The notes beneath the pieces are model-generated. The model did not search any database. It saw only the letters and a list, made by a program, of their open reading frames with translations, and was not told the origin of the DNA. The position numbers were made by a program, and so were the translations under genes. DNA of 64,000 nucleotides from Gammaproteobacteria bacterium. GTDB taxonomy: Bacteria > Pseudomonadota > Gammaproteobacteria > JBCCGL01. This document shows, piece after piece, positions 1 through 9,342 of the stretch. Position 1 is the stretch's first letter. Each line of letters opens with the position of its first letter. The stretch spans positions 992,001-1,056,000 of the forward strand of contig OZ255836.1 of NCBI GenBank assembly GCA_965277715.1, given 5' to 3'.

Positions 1-1
1 T

Positions 2-223
2 GCACGGGCGCTGGTAACACAGCCAAAGTGTGTGTTGGCAGATGAACCCACCGGCAACCTCGACGAGCACACCGCCGAACATATTTATCAACTGATGCTG
101 GAACTGAACAACGAACTCGATACCAGCTTTATTGTGGTAACCCACGACACCCGATTGGCAAAGCGTATGGATAGAGTACTAACACTTTCCAATGCCCGTT
201 TGGAGGGGGAACTGTCGGGATAG
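2..223 (+). CDS. lolD: Lipoprotein-releasing ABC transporter ATP-binding subunit, C-terminal part (5' end outside window)
   Basis: Frame reads [21 protein letters not shown]...FIVVTHD (Walker B/D-loop, H-loop); sits in the usual lolD-DUF2062-comEC neighbourhood. Confidence 0.85.
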   Translation, partial: ARALVTQPKCVLADEPTGNLDEHTAEHIYQLMLELNNELDTSFIVVTHDTRLAKRMDRVLTLSNARLEGELSG

Positions 224-231
224 CCGCCCGG

Positions 232-771
232 TTATGTCTTGCTTTTGGCCTGTTTTTCAGCCTCTCGCCGCCTGCGTTTTTCTATTGCTTTGTGGATAAA
301 AAAACGCCAGCTCAGCTGCACACTCACATACCCTATGGCCGCACTGACGATTGCCAATATCAGGCAACCCAGTAACAACGGCTCCCATATTTGACCCAGT
401 GTATTGGTGAACCACTCTTTACTGATAGTAAACGTGACAATTTTTACATCGTCCTGTAACACCCAGGCGCCGAATAGATAGGCGCCAAAAAACATGGGCG
501 GGGCGGTAATTGGGTTAGTAATCCATGTAGTGGTGACCGCCAACGGCAGGTTAGCGCGGCAGGGAATCGCGGCAATGGCCACCAACAGCATTTGCATCGG
601 CAGCGGGAACCACATGGCAAACAACCCCAGCGCCAGTGCATTAGCGATCGAACGACGGTTAAAATGCCACAGGCGGGTATCGTGCAGCACCGTGCCCAGG
701 CAGCGCAGGCTGCGGGAATTATGGATAGTGTGTTTATCCGGCAAATACTGTCGGATGCGGTTTTTTATCAT
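232..771 (-). CDS. DUF2062 family membrane protein
   Basis: LWHFNRRSIA...P-P-QML...RANLP...WITNP-T motifs, C-terminal TM helix and basic tail; typical position between lolD and comEC. Confidence 0.85.
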   Translation of the reverse strand: MIKNRIRQYLPDKHTIHNSRSLRCLGTVLHDTRLWHFNRRSIANALALGLFAMWFPLPMQMLLVAIAAIPCRANLPLAVTTTWITNPITAPPMFFGAYLFGAWVLQDDVKIVTFTISKEWFTNTLGQIWEPLLLGCLILAIVSAAIGYVSVQLSWRFFIHKAIEKRRRREAEKQAKSKT

Positions 772-881
772 GGACGACTATCGGCACTGATTACATTTAG
801 CTGTAGCGGACGACGGGGTCGTCTATTAGATTGGGGAGGCGAGAATATCATGGTTTCTCGGTGAAAAGAGGGTAACTTATT

Positions 882-915
882 GCCTGCCGGGTTTAATGGG
901 CCTGCCGGGTTTAAT
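882..915. repeat. Tandem direct repeat GCCTGCCGGGTTTAAT x2 (18-bp period)
   Basis: Identical 16-mers at 882-897 and 900-915. Confidence 0.9.
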
Positions 916-944
916 AGAGTGTTGTTTTTAATAAAAAATTTATA

Positions 945-1123
945 ATCCTAAATGCCGCAGTTGAATTGTAGCGAGGGCGTCCAAGGTGCTGAAGATGAAG
1001 TGTTTTTACCCGCATTTTAGCCATCCTGTAGTGATTCTACAGGTGAAGCTGAAATGCGGGTAAAAGTGCTTTAGATTCTGTGCATTGGGTGCTCGCAGTA
1101 GATGCAACTGCGGCATTTAGGAT
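945..1123. mobile_element. Long imperfect palindrome, probable MITE/IS-end remnant
   Basis: Perfect 19-bp terminal inverted repeat ATCCTAAATGCCGCAGTTG (945-963 / 1105-1123), inner IRs 1004-1017/1052-1065 and 1025-1031/1037-1043; the right arm recurs at 37613-37692. Confidence 0.7.
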
Positions 1124-1155
1124 AATATTAAGTACTTTCAAAAAGGAATAACACA

Positions 1156-3492
1156 ATGGCGTTTGCAGGGATAGCATTTCTAATCGGCGTACTGCTTGCA
1201 CAACAGCTCCAGGTATTGCCGGGCATTGGCTGGGTGGCCACAAGTGCCGGTGCCGGTCTGTGCTTATTGATTCATCCTGCACTGCGCTTTCCCGCGCTGA
1301 TTTTACTGGGCTTTAGCTGGACGCTTACCTGCGCTCAATCACAGCTTGACCAACAACTGTCTGCAGGGCTAGAGGGCCAAACTATTTCTGTGGTGGGGGT
1401 TATCGCCGGCCTGCCTGACAGTAAGGCCAAACGCGTGCGGTTTTTGTTTGATATAGACACCATTACCTTTGCCGATAACACGTTAAAACAAAACCTCCGT
1501 GTGCGACTCAGTTGGTATGGTAGGGCGGCCCCTATAAACGTCGGTGAGCGCTGGCAGTTGGCCGTGCGCCTGAAACGGCCACATGGTTTCAGTAACCCCG
1601 GTGGTTTTGATTACGAAAAATGGCTGTTTCAAAAAGGCATAAATGCCACAGGCTATGTATTCAATAAAGGGGAAACCACACGTTTACAGGCGGCGGGCTG
1701 GCGTTATTTAAGTGGCCAGCTACGCCAGTACCTCGCTGAAAAAATCAACCGTATCGCCGCTCATCTCGACCATCGTGGCACTTTGCTGGCGCTGTCAATC
1801 GGTGATCGATCCGGTATCGACAGGAAGGATTGGCAGCGTTTAACCGATACAGGCACCAATCATCTCTTCGCAATATCCGGGCTGCATATTGGGTTAATGT
1901 CATTGTTGGCGTATTACCTGGCTGGGGTTTGTTGGCGCTTGAGTCCACTATTGTACAAACACCTTAGCCAGGGGAGCTTTGCCTGTGGCTGGGCGATAGT
2001 GCTGGCCAGCCTGTACGCAATGATGGCGGGGTTTGCACTGCCCACGCAACGCGCTTTGATTATGCTGCTGGTGCCCGCATTTGCCGTTTTGTGTCGTCGC
2101 CGTGTACCGCCACTGGCGGGCATCGGCACGGCGCTGCTATTGGTGTTGGTATTCGACCCTATGTCAACTTTATCCCCTGGGTTCTGGTTGTCGTTTGCCG
2201 CTGTTGGGGTGATTATTTTTAGCATGGCAGGGCGTGTATCACCCGCTCCCTGGTGGCAAAAAGTAGTGGGTTTGCAAATAGCGGTGTCGATTGGCCTGTC
2301 GCCTCTATTGCTGGCGGAATTTGGCCAGGTGCCCAGTGCTTCGGGGGTCGCTAACCTGTTCGCTGTTCCCTGGGTGAGTTTTATCGTGGTGCCGTTGACG
2401 CTGTTGGGCGTGGCTGCCTCTCTGGTTAATGAAACGGTGGCCGCTGGTTTGTTTCAACTTGCCGATTACGCTGTCGCTGTGTTTTGGTTTGCACTGATAA
2501 AGATTGAATCGGGTGGATGGTTTCCGGTGTTATCCCTCAACGCATCGGCACCCGTCGTGCTGTTTGCCAGCTTTGGCGTCGCTTTGCTATTGATCCCGCG
2601 CGGTTCCGGTTTACGCCCGTTATCGATCGTGTTGCTGTTGCCATTGCTCAGTGTCTCTGAACGGGATATGTCGCCGGGGGATATACGCGTCTATGCACTC
2701 GATGTCGGGCAGGGGTTATCGGTTATTGTGCAGACGCAGCATAAGACCCTGGTATACGACACCGGGGGGCGGTTCTCCGCTACGTTTGATGCGGGTGATG
2801 CCGTGCTGGTGCCCGCGCTGAAAGCGTTAAATGTGGCGATAGTTGATAAAGTGATTGTCTCCCACGCCGACCTCGACCACCGGGGTGGTTTACCGTCATT
2901 GCTCGAACAGCGGGTGGTGCGGGAGATACTGTCGAGCGACCCCAAAGCGCTTAAATTAACCGCGAAAGTGGCGGCGTCCAATACCTGCATCCGGGGTCAA
3001 CACTGGCAGTGGGATAGTGTTGATTTTGATGTGCTATACCCCACCGAACACACCAATTTTACCGGCACCAATAATCGCTCCTGTGTCGTGCGAATCACCT
3101 CGGGCGATGCCTCGGTATTACTGCCGGGTGATATAGAGCAGGCGGCTGAGCAGGTGTTGCTGCCATTGGGCAGTGTGTCTGCCGATATTGTGTTCGCCCC
3201 GCATCACGGTAGCAAAACCTCTTCTTCACCGGCATTTGTCGCGGCGGTTAACCCGCTCCATGTGGTCTATGCAGTGGGTTACCGCAACCCATTTGGTTTT
3301 CCCAAACAGCTTGTTACCCAGCGGTATCACCAGATTGGCGCGACGGCCTGGCGCACGGACCACCACGGTGCTGTGGTGTTTGAATGGTCGAAGAAGGCCA
3401 GGCGCTGGTCAGTTTATGCCCAGCGCAACCGGAATCAACGGTTTTGGCACAATAAACCCAATGATCCTGCGTTCACCACCACGCGTGAATGA
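1156..3492 (+). CDS. comEC: DNA internalization competence protein ComEC/Rec2
   Basis: NPGGFDYE, HLFAISGLH competence domain, DVGQG and SHADLDH metallo-beta-lactamase motifs, PHHGSKTSS. Confidence 0.95.
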   Translation: MAFAGIAFLIGVLLAQQLQVLPGIGWVATSAGAGLCLLIHPALRFPALILLGFSWTLTCAQSQLDQQLSAGLEGQTISVVGVIAGLPDSKAKRVRFLFDIDTITFADNTLKQNLRVRLSWYGRAAPINVGERWQLAVRLKRPHGFSNPGGFDYEKWLFQKGINATGYVFNKGETTRLQAAGWRYLSGQLRQYLAEKINRIAAHLDHRGTLLALSIGDRSGIDRKDWQRLTDTGTNHLFAISGLHIGLMSLLAYYLAGVCWRLSPLLYKHLSQGSFACGWAIVLASLYAMMAGFALPTQRALIMLLVPAFAVLCRRRVPPLAGIGTALLLVLVFDPMSTLSPGFWLSFAAVGVIIFSMAGRVSPAPWWQKVVGLQIAVSIGLSPLLLAEFGQVPSASGVANLFAVPWVSFIVVPLTLLGVAASLVNETVAAGLFQLADYAVAVFWFALIKIESGGWFPVLSLNASAPVVLFASFGVALLLIPRGSGLRPLSIVLLLPLLSVSERDMSPGDIRVYALDVGQGLSVIVQTQHKTLVYDTGGRFSATFDAGDAVLVPALKALNVAIVDKVIVSHADLDHRGGLPSLLEQRVVREILSSDPKALKLTAKVAASNTCIRGQHWQWDSVDFDVLYPTEHTNFTGTNNRSCVVRITSGDASVLLPGDIEQAAEQVLLPLGSVSADIVFAPHHGSKTSSSPAFVAAVNPLHVVYAVGYRNPFGFPKQLVTQRYHQIGATAWRTDHHGAVVFEWSKKARRWSVYAQRNRNQRFWHNKPNDPAFTTTRE

Positions 3493-3533
3493 AGTATGAT
3501 TCACTGTTAAACCGGTATCAGAGGAAACAGTGC

Positions 3534-4175
3534 GTGTATGAACTTGTAACCGCAGGTGGCTGGCTTATGTTGCCAATAGTAATGTGTTCAATAGTGGCGG
3601 TGGCGATTATTATCGAACGCTTCTGGATGCTGCGTAGCGCACGGGTACTGCCCAAAAACCTGGTCAGTAATACCCGCCGCCTGGTTAACAACACCAGGCT
3701 GACTGAAGACCACCTGCTCGCCCTGCAACAAGGCTCCCCGCTGGGGCGCATTCTTGCCACCGGGCTGATCAATCGTCGCCAGGACAGGGATATACTGAAA
3801 AGCACTATCGAAGACATTGGGCGTCACGTGGCCCATGATCTTGAACGCTTTCTCAACGCCCTGGGCACTATCGCGGCGGTGACGCCACTGCTCGGTTTAC
3901 TGGGCACGGTTGTCGGTATGATCAGTGTATTCACCACCATCACCAATGTCGGCGTCGGTGACCCAGGCGAGTTGGCCGGAGGGATTTCCCAGGCATTGAT
4001 TACCACCGCCGGTGGCTTGTCGGTAGCGATTCCCACACTGATGTTTCACCGCTACTTTCGCGCCAAAATCGACGGCCTGGTGATCGATATGGAACAGCAG
4101 GCGATTAAACTGGTTGAACTGCTACACGAGGAAGCGTACAGCGAGAGCGCCCAAGGTGAAGGGTCTGCCACGTGA
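3534..4175 (+). CDS. exbB: MotA/TolQ/ExbB proton channel family protein
   Basis: GGWLMLPI, TPLLGLLGTV, GISQALITTA motifs; GTG start at 3534 chosen for the GAGGA RBS at 3521 (ORF track starts at 3489). Confidence 0.9.
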   Translation: MYELVTAGGWLMLPIVMCSIVAVAIIIERFWMLRSARVLPKNLVSNTRRLVNNTRLTEDHLLALQQGSPLGRILATGLINRRQDRDILKSTIEDIGRHVAHDLERFLNALGTIAAVTPLLGLLGTVVGMISVFTTITNVGVGDPGELAGGISQALITTAGGLSVAIPTLMFHRYFRAKIDGLVIDMEQQAIKLVELLHEEAYSESAQGEGSAT

Positions 4176-4600
4176 ACTTCCGCTCGCGGAACCGGGGTGA
4201 GCTCGACGTCAATATCACCCCGTTGATCGATGTTGTCTTTCTATTGCTGATATTTTTTATGGTGTCCACCACCTTTCAAAAAAAATCAGAACTCAGTGTA
4301 CAGTTGCCTTCGGCAACGACACAGACCGTTGAGTCGACGTCGCCCATTGAAATTGTGATAAATCCGGTAGGTGAATACTTTGTTTCCGGTAAAGCACTGG
4401 TGAATAATAAAAAATCCACACTGCGTACAGCATTGATTGAAGTTACTGGGGGGCGCATCGATATACCCCTGGTGCTCCGCGCCGATGCGCGCTCGCCGCA
4501 CCAGTCAGTGGTTACAGTAATGGATATTGCGGCACAACTGGGCCTGGTTAAGCTGTCTATCGCGACTTCGCAAACCGACTCACAGATTGGCGACGAATAA
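4172..4600 (+). CDS. exbD: Biopolymer transporter ExbD/TolR
   Basis: NITPLIDVVFLLLIFFMV TM segment with conserved Asp; LRAD motif; overlaps exbB stop. Confidence 0.93.
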   Translation: MNFRSRNRGELDVNITPLIDVVFLLLIFFMVSTTFQKKSELSVQLPSATTQTVESTSPIEIVINPVGEYFVSGKALVNNKKSTLRTALIEVTGGRIDIPLVLRADARSPHQSVVTVMDIAAQLGLVKLSIATSQTDSQIGDE

Positions 4601-6388
4601 ATGCGCTCGACCTCGTCGAAACCGGAGTCAGCCGGTTTGGTTACTTATAAGCGCCTGCTTGTTTATATAAAACCGTACCGTGTTGAGTTTTTTATTGCCA
4701 TTCTCGGCATGGCAGCCCACGGTGTCAGTGTCGCCTGGTTTGCACAAACCATGCAGCCATTGTTAGACGACAGCTTTATCGGCAAAGACCAACAATCCCT
4801 TGTTCTAGTACCCCTGACCATTGTCGGTATTTTTTTACTGCGTGGCGTCGGCAGCTTCTTCGCCGAATACTATATGGCGTTAATTGGCGGCTTTGTCATT
4901 AATAAAATACGCAGTGAGATATTCAATAAATACCTGCACCTGCCTTCGTCTCGCTATGACCATTCATCTTCTGGGGAAATGATTTCGCTGATTTCCTATA
5001 ACGTAGAGCGCGTCTCCAATGCGTCGACCAATGCGCTGACGGTGATTGTGCGCGACAGCGCCACACTAATTGGTTTATTGGCGGTATTGTTCTATCAAAG
5101 CTGGACCCTGGCTATCAGTCTGTTAGTACTGGGTCCCATCGTGATGGTGATTGTGCGCTATGTGAGTAAACGCTTTCGGCGTATCAGTCGCAATATTCAA
5201 ACGTCAATGGGCAAGGTAAGCCACGTTATTGAAGAGGCTGTTGAAAGCCAGCGTGAAATAAAAATATACGGTGGCCAGGCATACGAACAGGAACAGTTTA
5301 ATACCATCAATGAAAGTAACCGTCGGTTGCAAATGAAAATGACGGTAACACGCGCCAGCAGCGTGCCAATTGTGCAGCTTATTATTTCCCTGTTTCTGGC
5401 CGGTATCGTGTATTTGTTTACGCTGGACGCGACATCTGAACAGATTTCACCTGGGGAATTTATTTCATTTATCACCGCTATGGTGTTGTTGTTTCCACCG
5501 CTAAAACAGCTAACCAGTGTTAATGAAACGCTACAACAGGGCATCGCTGCCGGTGAAACAGCATTTGCTTTGCTGGATGAAAAGTCTGAAAACGATCAAG
5601 GCACCAAGGCGATTGACCTGCCTGTCCGGTCAATTACTATTGAAAATTTAAGCTTTCGTTACAGCAGTGACAAAGACCCGGTTTTACGGGGCGTTTCACT
5701 CGACATCAACGCCGGGGAAACCATTGCGCTGGTCGGTCGGTCCGGCAGTGGAAAAACCACCCTGGTCAATCTGCTGGCACGTATGTACCAACATGATGTC
5801 GCGCAGAAAGACAGTGGCGTAATTAAAATTAATGGCATCGATATCGCCGAATTAAGCTTAAAAAACCTGCGCAGTAAAATTGCTTATGTCGGTCAGGATG
5901 TGAAGTTGTTCAACGACACCATCGCACACAATATCGCCTACGGTGCGCTAGATTCCAAATCGTTCGATGACATTAAGGATGCCGCCCACGCCGCCCACGC
6001 CGCCGATTTTATCGAAAAACAACCGCGTGGCTACCAAACCCTGGTAGGTGAAAATGGCGTGATGTTATCGGGTGGTCAACGTCAGCGCATCGCCATCGCC
6101 CGTGCGCTATTAAAAAATGCCCCTATCCTGATACTCGACGAGGCGACCTCAGCGCTGGATACCGAATCTGAACGCAAGGTTCAACAGGGACTTAATCAAT
6201 TGTTGCAAGGGCGCACAACCCTGGTTGTGGCACACCGTTTATCGACCATAGAGCACGCCGATAAAATTGCCGTAATGCATAATGGGGTGCTTGTTGAATT
6301 GGGTCGGCATGAACAATTGCTGGCGCAAAAAGGCCATTATGCCGCCCTTCACGCCATGCAGTTTAAAGAAGCGGGCGACGGGACATAG
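4601..6388 (+). CDS. msbA: Lipid A export ABC transporter MsbA
   Basis: TMD plus GRSGSGKT, LSGGQRQR, ILDEATSALD; directly upstream of lpxK. Confidence 0.93.
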   Translation: MRSTSSKPESAGLVTYKRLLVYIKPYRVEFFIAILGMAAHGVSVAWFAQTMQPLLDDSFIGKDQQSLVLVPLTIVGIFLLRGVGSFFAEYYMALIGGFVINKIRSEIFNKYLHLPSSRYDHSSSGEMISLISYNVERVSNASTNALTVIVRDSATLIGLLAVLFYQSWTLAISLLVLGPIVMVIVRYVSKRFRRISRNIQTSMGKVSHVIEEAVESQREIKIYGGQAYEQEQFNTINESNRRLQMKMTVTRASSVPIVQLIISLFLAGIVYLFTLDATSEQISPGEFISFITAMVLLFPPLKQLTSVNETLQQGIAAGETAFALLDEKSENDQGTKAIDLPVRSITIENLSFRYSSDKDPVLRGVSLDINAGETIALVGRSGSGKTTLVNLLARMYQHDVAQKDSGVIKINGIDIAELSLKNLRSKIAYVGQDVKLFNDTIAHNIAYGALDSKSFDDIKDAAHAAHAADFIEKQPRGYQTLVGENGVMLSGGQRQRIAIARALLKNAPILILDEATSALDTESERKVQQGLNQLLQGRTTLVVAHRLSTIEHADKIAVMHNGVLVELGRHEQLLAQKGHYAALHAMQFKEAGDGT

Positions 6389-6390
6389 CA

Positions 6391-7377
6391 TTGAACCTGG
6401 CAGCACACTGGCAGACAGTAAACTGGCTGAGTTGCCTGTTATTGTGCCCTTCACTGTTGTTTCGCCTGCTGGTATTTATCCGCCGGTATTTATACCGCAA
6501 AGGGTTTTTAACGGTTTACCGGGCTAATATCCCGGTTATTGTGGTGGGTAACATCACCGTTGGCGGAACGGGTAAGACCCCTTTAATCATCAGCATTGCC
6601 CGGTACTTGCAGACACAGGGCTACTCCCCTGCCGTCGTTAGCCGTGGTTATGGCACTGACAATAAAACCCCGCATATCGTGCAGAAGAATGATAAGGCGG
6701 TCGATGTCGGCGATGAGCCGTTATTGATTGCCAGAAGCACAAATATCCCGGTAGTGGTGTGTGCCGACAGACACCTTGCCGTCGATGCGGCCAGCCGGAT
6801 TAATGGCTGTGATGTAGTACTCAGTGACGATGGCCTGCAACACTATGCGATGCACCGCGATATTGAAATCGTTTGCGTCGATGGTGAGCGAATGTTTGGC
6901 AACCGCTTATGCCTGCCCGCCGGACCATTGCGGGAACCGCTCTCAAGATTAGAGTCTGTGGATTTTATATTAAGCAAGCAGCGTGAAAACCCAGCGGCTG
7001 ATAGTTTTAGCCTCAGTGGGGAACAACTGATTGCTTTGAATACCTCTGCACCAGATGAAGTACTGTCATCGTTTGCCGGTCAGCGTGTGCACGCGATTGC
7101 CGGTATTGCCAACCCCAGTGCTTTTTTTGATTTGCTGCGCAATAATCGACTGCGCGTAATCGAACACGCCTTTCCAGACCACCATACATTTGTCGAATCA
7201 GATTTTATTTATAGCGATGACTTAGCGGTTTTAATGACAGAAAAAGATGCGGTCAAATGCACCGATTTTGACCTACCCAACACCTGGTATCTAGCCGTCA
7301 ATGCCGTGTTGCCCGCGCACTTTCTCGAACGCTTCACAGCCGCCCTGGCGGCTTGTGCAACAACGCCAGGAAATTAA
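6391..7377 (+). CDS. lpxK: Tetraacyldisaccharide 4'-kinase
   Basis: VGNITVGGTGKTP, SRGYG, GDEP, DDGLQH, LPAGPLRE, FPDHH, TEKDAVK. Confidence 0.96.
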   Translation: MNLAAHWQTVNWLSCLLLCPSLLFRLLVFIRRYLYRKGFLTVYRANIPVIVVGNITVGGTGKTPLIISIARYLQTQGYSPAVVSRGYGTDNKTPHIVQKNDKAVDVGDEPLLIARSTNIPVVVCADRHLAVDAASRINGCDVVLSDDGLQHYAMHRDIEIVCVDGERMFGNRLCLPAGPLREPLSRLESVDFILSKQRENPAADSFSLSGEQLIALNTSAPDEVLSSFAGQRVHAIAGIANPSAFFDLLRNNRLRVIEHAFPDHHTFVESDFIYSDDLAVLMTEKDAVKCTDFDLPNTWYLAVNAVLPAHFLERFTAALAACATTPGN

Positions 7378-7378
7378 T

Positions 7379-8149
7379 ATGCCTGCCCGTACACCGCCTT
7401 TTAAAATAGTCATTCCCGCACGTTACGCTTCACAGCGGTTACCCGGCAAACCCCTGCTAACCATTAACAACAAAACCATGCTGGAACATGTTTACCACTG
7501 CGCCCGGCAAACTGACGCACAGCAAATTGTTATCGCCACAGACGACCAGCGCATCGCCGATGTCGCCAATACATTCACTGACGATATATGCCTGACATCA
7601 CCTGAACACCCCACGGGCACCGACCGCATTGCCGAAGTGGCGACACGCTACGCCTGGGGTGATGAAGTAACCGTGGTCAATCTGCAAGGGGATGAACCGC
7701 TAATGCCCGTCGCCCTGATCAACCAGGTAGCCACTAACCTACACCAGCACAATAACGCCAGCATCGCCACGCTGTGCGCACCATTGGTGAACAGCGAGGA
7801 AATGTCTGACCCATCCAAGGTCAAAGTCGTCTTCGACTCTGCACAAATGGCACTCTATTTCAGCCGCTCAGTTATTCCTTTTTACCGGGCTGAACAAGCG
7901 GAGTACCCAGAAAACTCTTTATTTCGGCATATTGGTTTATATGCTTATCGGGTGAATTTTTTAAAAGCGTTTACCAATATGGTGGCGTGTGAAATAGAAC
8001 AACTGGAGCAACTGGAACAACTGCGTGCACTGTGGTATGGGTATAAAATTCATGTGGACTACGCGGTCGAACTACCCGGCCAGGATGTGAACACACAGGA
8101 AGACCTGGCCTTGGTAGAACGCTTATTTAACCAACACAAACAAGGGTAG
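7379..8149 (+). CDS. kdsB: 3-deoxy-manno-octulosonate cytidylyltransferase
   Basis: IPARYASQRLPGKPL, NLQGDEP, ALYFSRS, LEQLRAL; ATG 7379 follows the lpxK stop. Confidence 0.96.
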   Translation: MPARTPPFKIVIPARYASQRLPGKPLLTINNKTMLEHVYHCARQTDAQQIVIATDDQRIADVANTFTDDICLTSPEHPTGTDRIAEVATRYAWGDEVTVVNLQGDEPLMPVALINQVATNLHQHNNASIATLCAPLVNSEEMSDPSKVKVVFDSAQMALYFSRSVIPFYRAEQAEYPENSLFRHIGLYAYRVNFLKAFTNMVACEIEQLEQLEQLRALWYGYKIHVDYAVELPGQDVNTQEDLALVERLFNQHKQG

Positions 8150-8152
8150 GGC

Positions 8153-8740
8153 GTGGAGAAAAAAATACGTTTACTGGCCAAAGACACCGTCTATAACGGT
8201 TATTTTCAGGTTAACAAATACCATTACCAGCATACCTTGTTTAAAGGAGGATGGAGCGAGCCGCTGGAGCGGGAAATATTTGAGCGTGGTGAAGTGGCCG
8301 CCGTACTGCCGTATGACCCCGCTATCGACGCGGTATTACTGGTTGAACAGTGCCGTACTGGGGCACTGGACTCGGCGTATTCGCCCTGGCTGATGGAAGT
8401 GGTCGCCGGCATTATTGATCCTGGTGAAACGCCGGAGGCGGTGGTAAAGCGTGAAGCGGTGGAAGAGGCGGGTTGCGTATTGGGCAAACTGACGCGGATA
8501 GCTGAATTTTTTGTCAGCCCTGGTGGTTCGAGTGAGTTGGCTTATTTGTATTTTGCTACATGCAAACTACATGAAGTGAGTGGCATTCATGGCCTGGCTG
8601 AAGAGGGCGAGGATATTGCCACGCACATTATCCCGCGTGAACAGGCATTTTCCATGCTGGAACAAGGGGTGTTTAGTAGCACTAAAGTCATTATTGCCTT
8701 GCAGTGGTTTGCGTTAAATTACCGTAACTATCTAGCTTAA
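8153..8740 (+). CDS. nudF: ADP-ribose pyrophosphatase (Nudix)
   Basis: Nudix box GIIDPGETPEAVVKREAVEEAG, SPGGSSE, HGLAEEGEDI. Confidence 0.88.
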   Translation: MEKKIRLLAKDTVYNGYFQVNKYHYQHTLFKGGWSEPLEREIFERGEVAAVLPYDPAIDAVLLVEQCRTGALDSAYSPWLMEVVAGIIDPGETPEAVVKREAVEEAGCVLGKLTRIAEFFVSPGGSSELAYLYFATCKLHEVSGIHGLAEEGEDIATHIIPREQAFSMLEQGVFSSTKVIIALQWFALNYRNYLA

Positions 8741-8833
8741 TTTAATAAATACTTTCAATAAGTTATTTTACTTACTTAATATATTATCTTATTCATATAT
8801 CCAGATGAATCAATGGTGACAGGTAGTCTTTGG

Positions 8834-8878
8834 TTATTTGGTATTGTTTGTCGTTACGCTGGTATCAACAAGGGTCAC
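8834..8878 (-). pseudogene. vapC: Truncated VapC (PIN toxin) remnant, 14 codons
   Basis: GTG start overlaps the vapB stop (GTGA); reads MTLVDTSV, the hallmark PIN N-terminus, then TTNNTK-stop. Confidence 0.7.
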
Positions 8879-9084
8879 TCTGCCGATCTCATCACGCTTA
8901 AATCGCCTTCCCATTGAATTTTGCCTTTCAGACTTAACAACCTGTATTGTTGTTTGTGGCGTACAAGTTCATGTAGGGCGTGCTCAATCAGTTCACGGCG
9001 TGTCTTGATACCAGTGAATTGCAGCGCTTGCTCTAGTAGTTGTTTGTTCAAGACGACGTTGGTGCGGATATGCGTGTCGTTCAT
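8875..9084 (-). CDS. vapB: Type II TA antitoxin, VapB/DUF2191-like (start uncertain, 9084 or 9111)
   Basis: RTNVVL...ALQFTGIKTRRELIEHAL...LKGKIQWEGDLSVMR, typical of this VapB family. Confidence 0.85.
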   Translation of the reverse strand: MNDTHIRTNVVLNKQLLEQALQFTGIKTRRELIEHALHELVRHKQQYRLLSLKGKIQWEGDLSVMRSAE

Positions 9085-9201
9085 AGGAATCTCTATGGAA
9101 TCTCTATTCAATGTTATTTATCAAATATACACTTTTTTTTCAGAATTTGGTGTACTCACGACCAGACTTTGAGGATATCGGTTTCTATCGCTATTCGTAA
9201 T

Positions 9202-9229
9202 AGTTCGCATAATGTATATTATGTTAAAT
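9202..9229 (+). other. dif: dif site (XerC/XerD chromosome dimer resolution site)
   Basis: AGTTCGCATAA-TGTATA-TTATGTTAAAT; differs from E. coli dif (GGTGCGCATAATGTATATTATGTTAAAT) at 2 of 28 positions; intergenic. Confidence 0.92.
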
Positions 9230-9342
9230 AATAAAAACTACAGGCTGAGCTTTCGTGAGGCCAATAATGCACTTTTGTTATATATATGCACTCAGCGCTA
9301 CACTACACTTCTTTTGCCAAAATAGTGATTAAACATCTAATA

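Noticed and set aside
1037-1282. ORF overlapping the palindromic element as a possible transposase remnant
   Set aside because: Antisense to the comEC start and no transposase motif
7377-7379. No Trm112-like (ycaR) gene between lpxK and kdsB
   Set aside because: Common lineage-level variation with no remnant visible
8767-8794. Possible second degenerate dif/pdif site (TATATTATCTTA) on the other side of vapBC
   Set aside because: Only the spacer and part of the XerD arm match, the XerC arm does not, and the region is very AT-rich, so a chance match is likely
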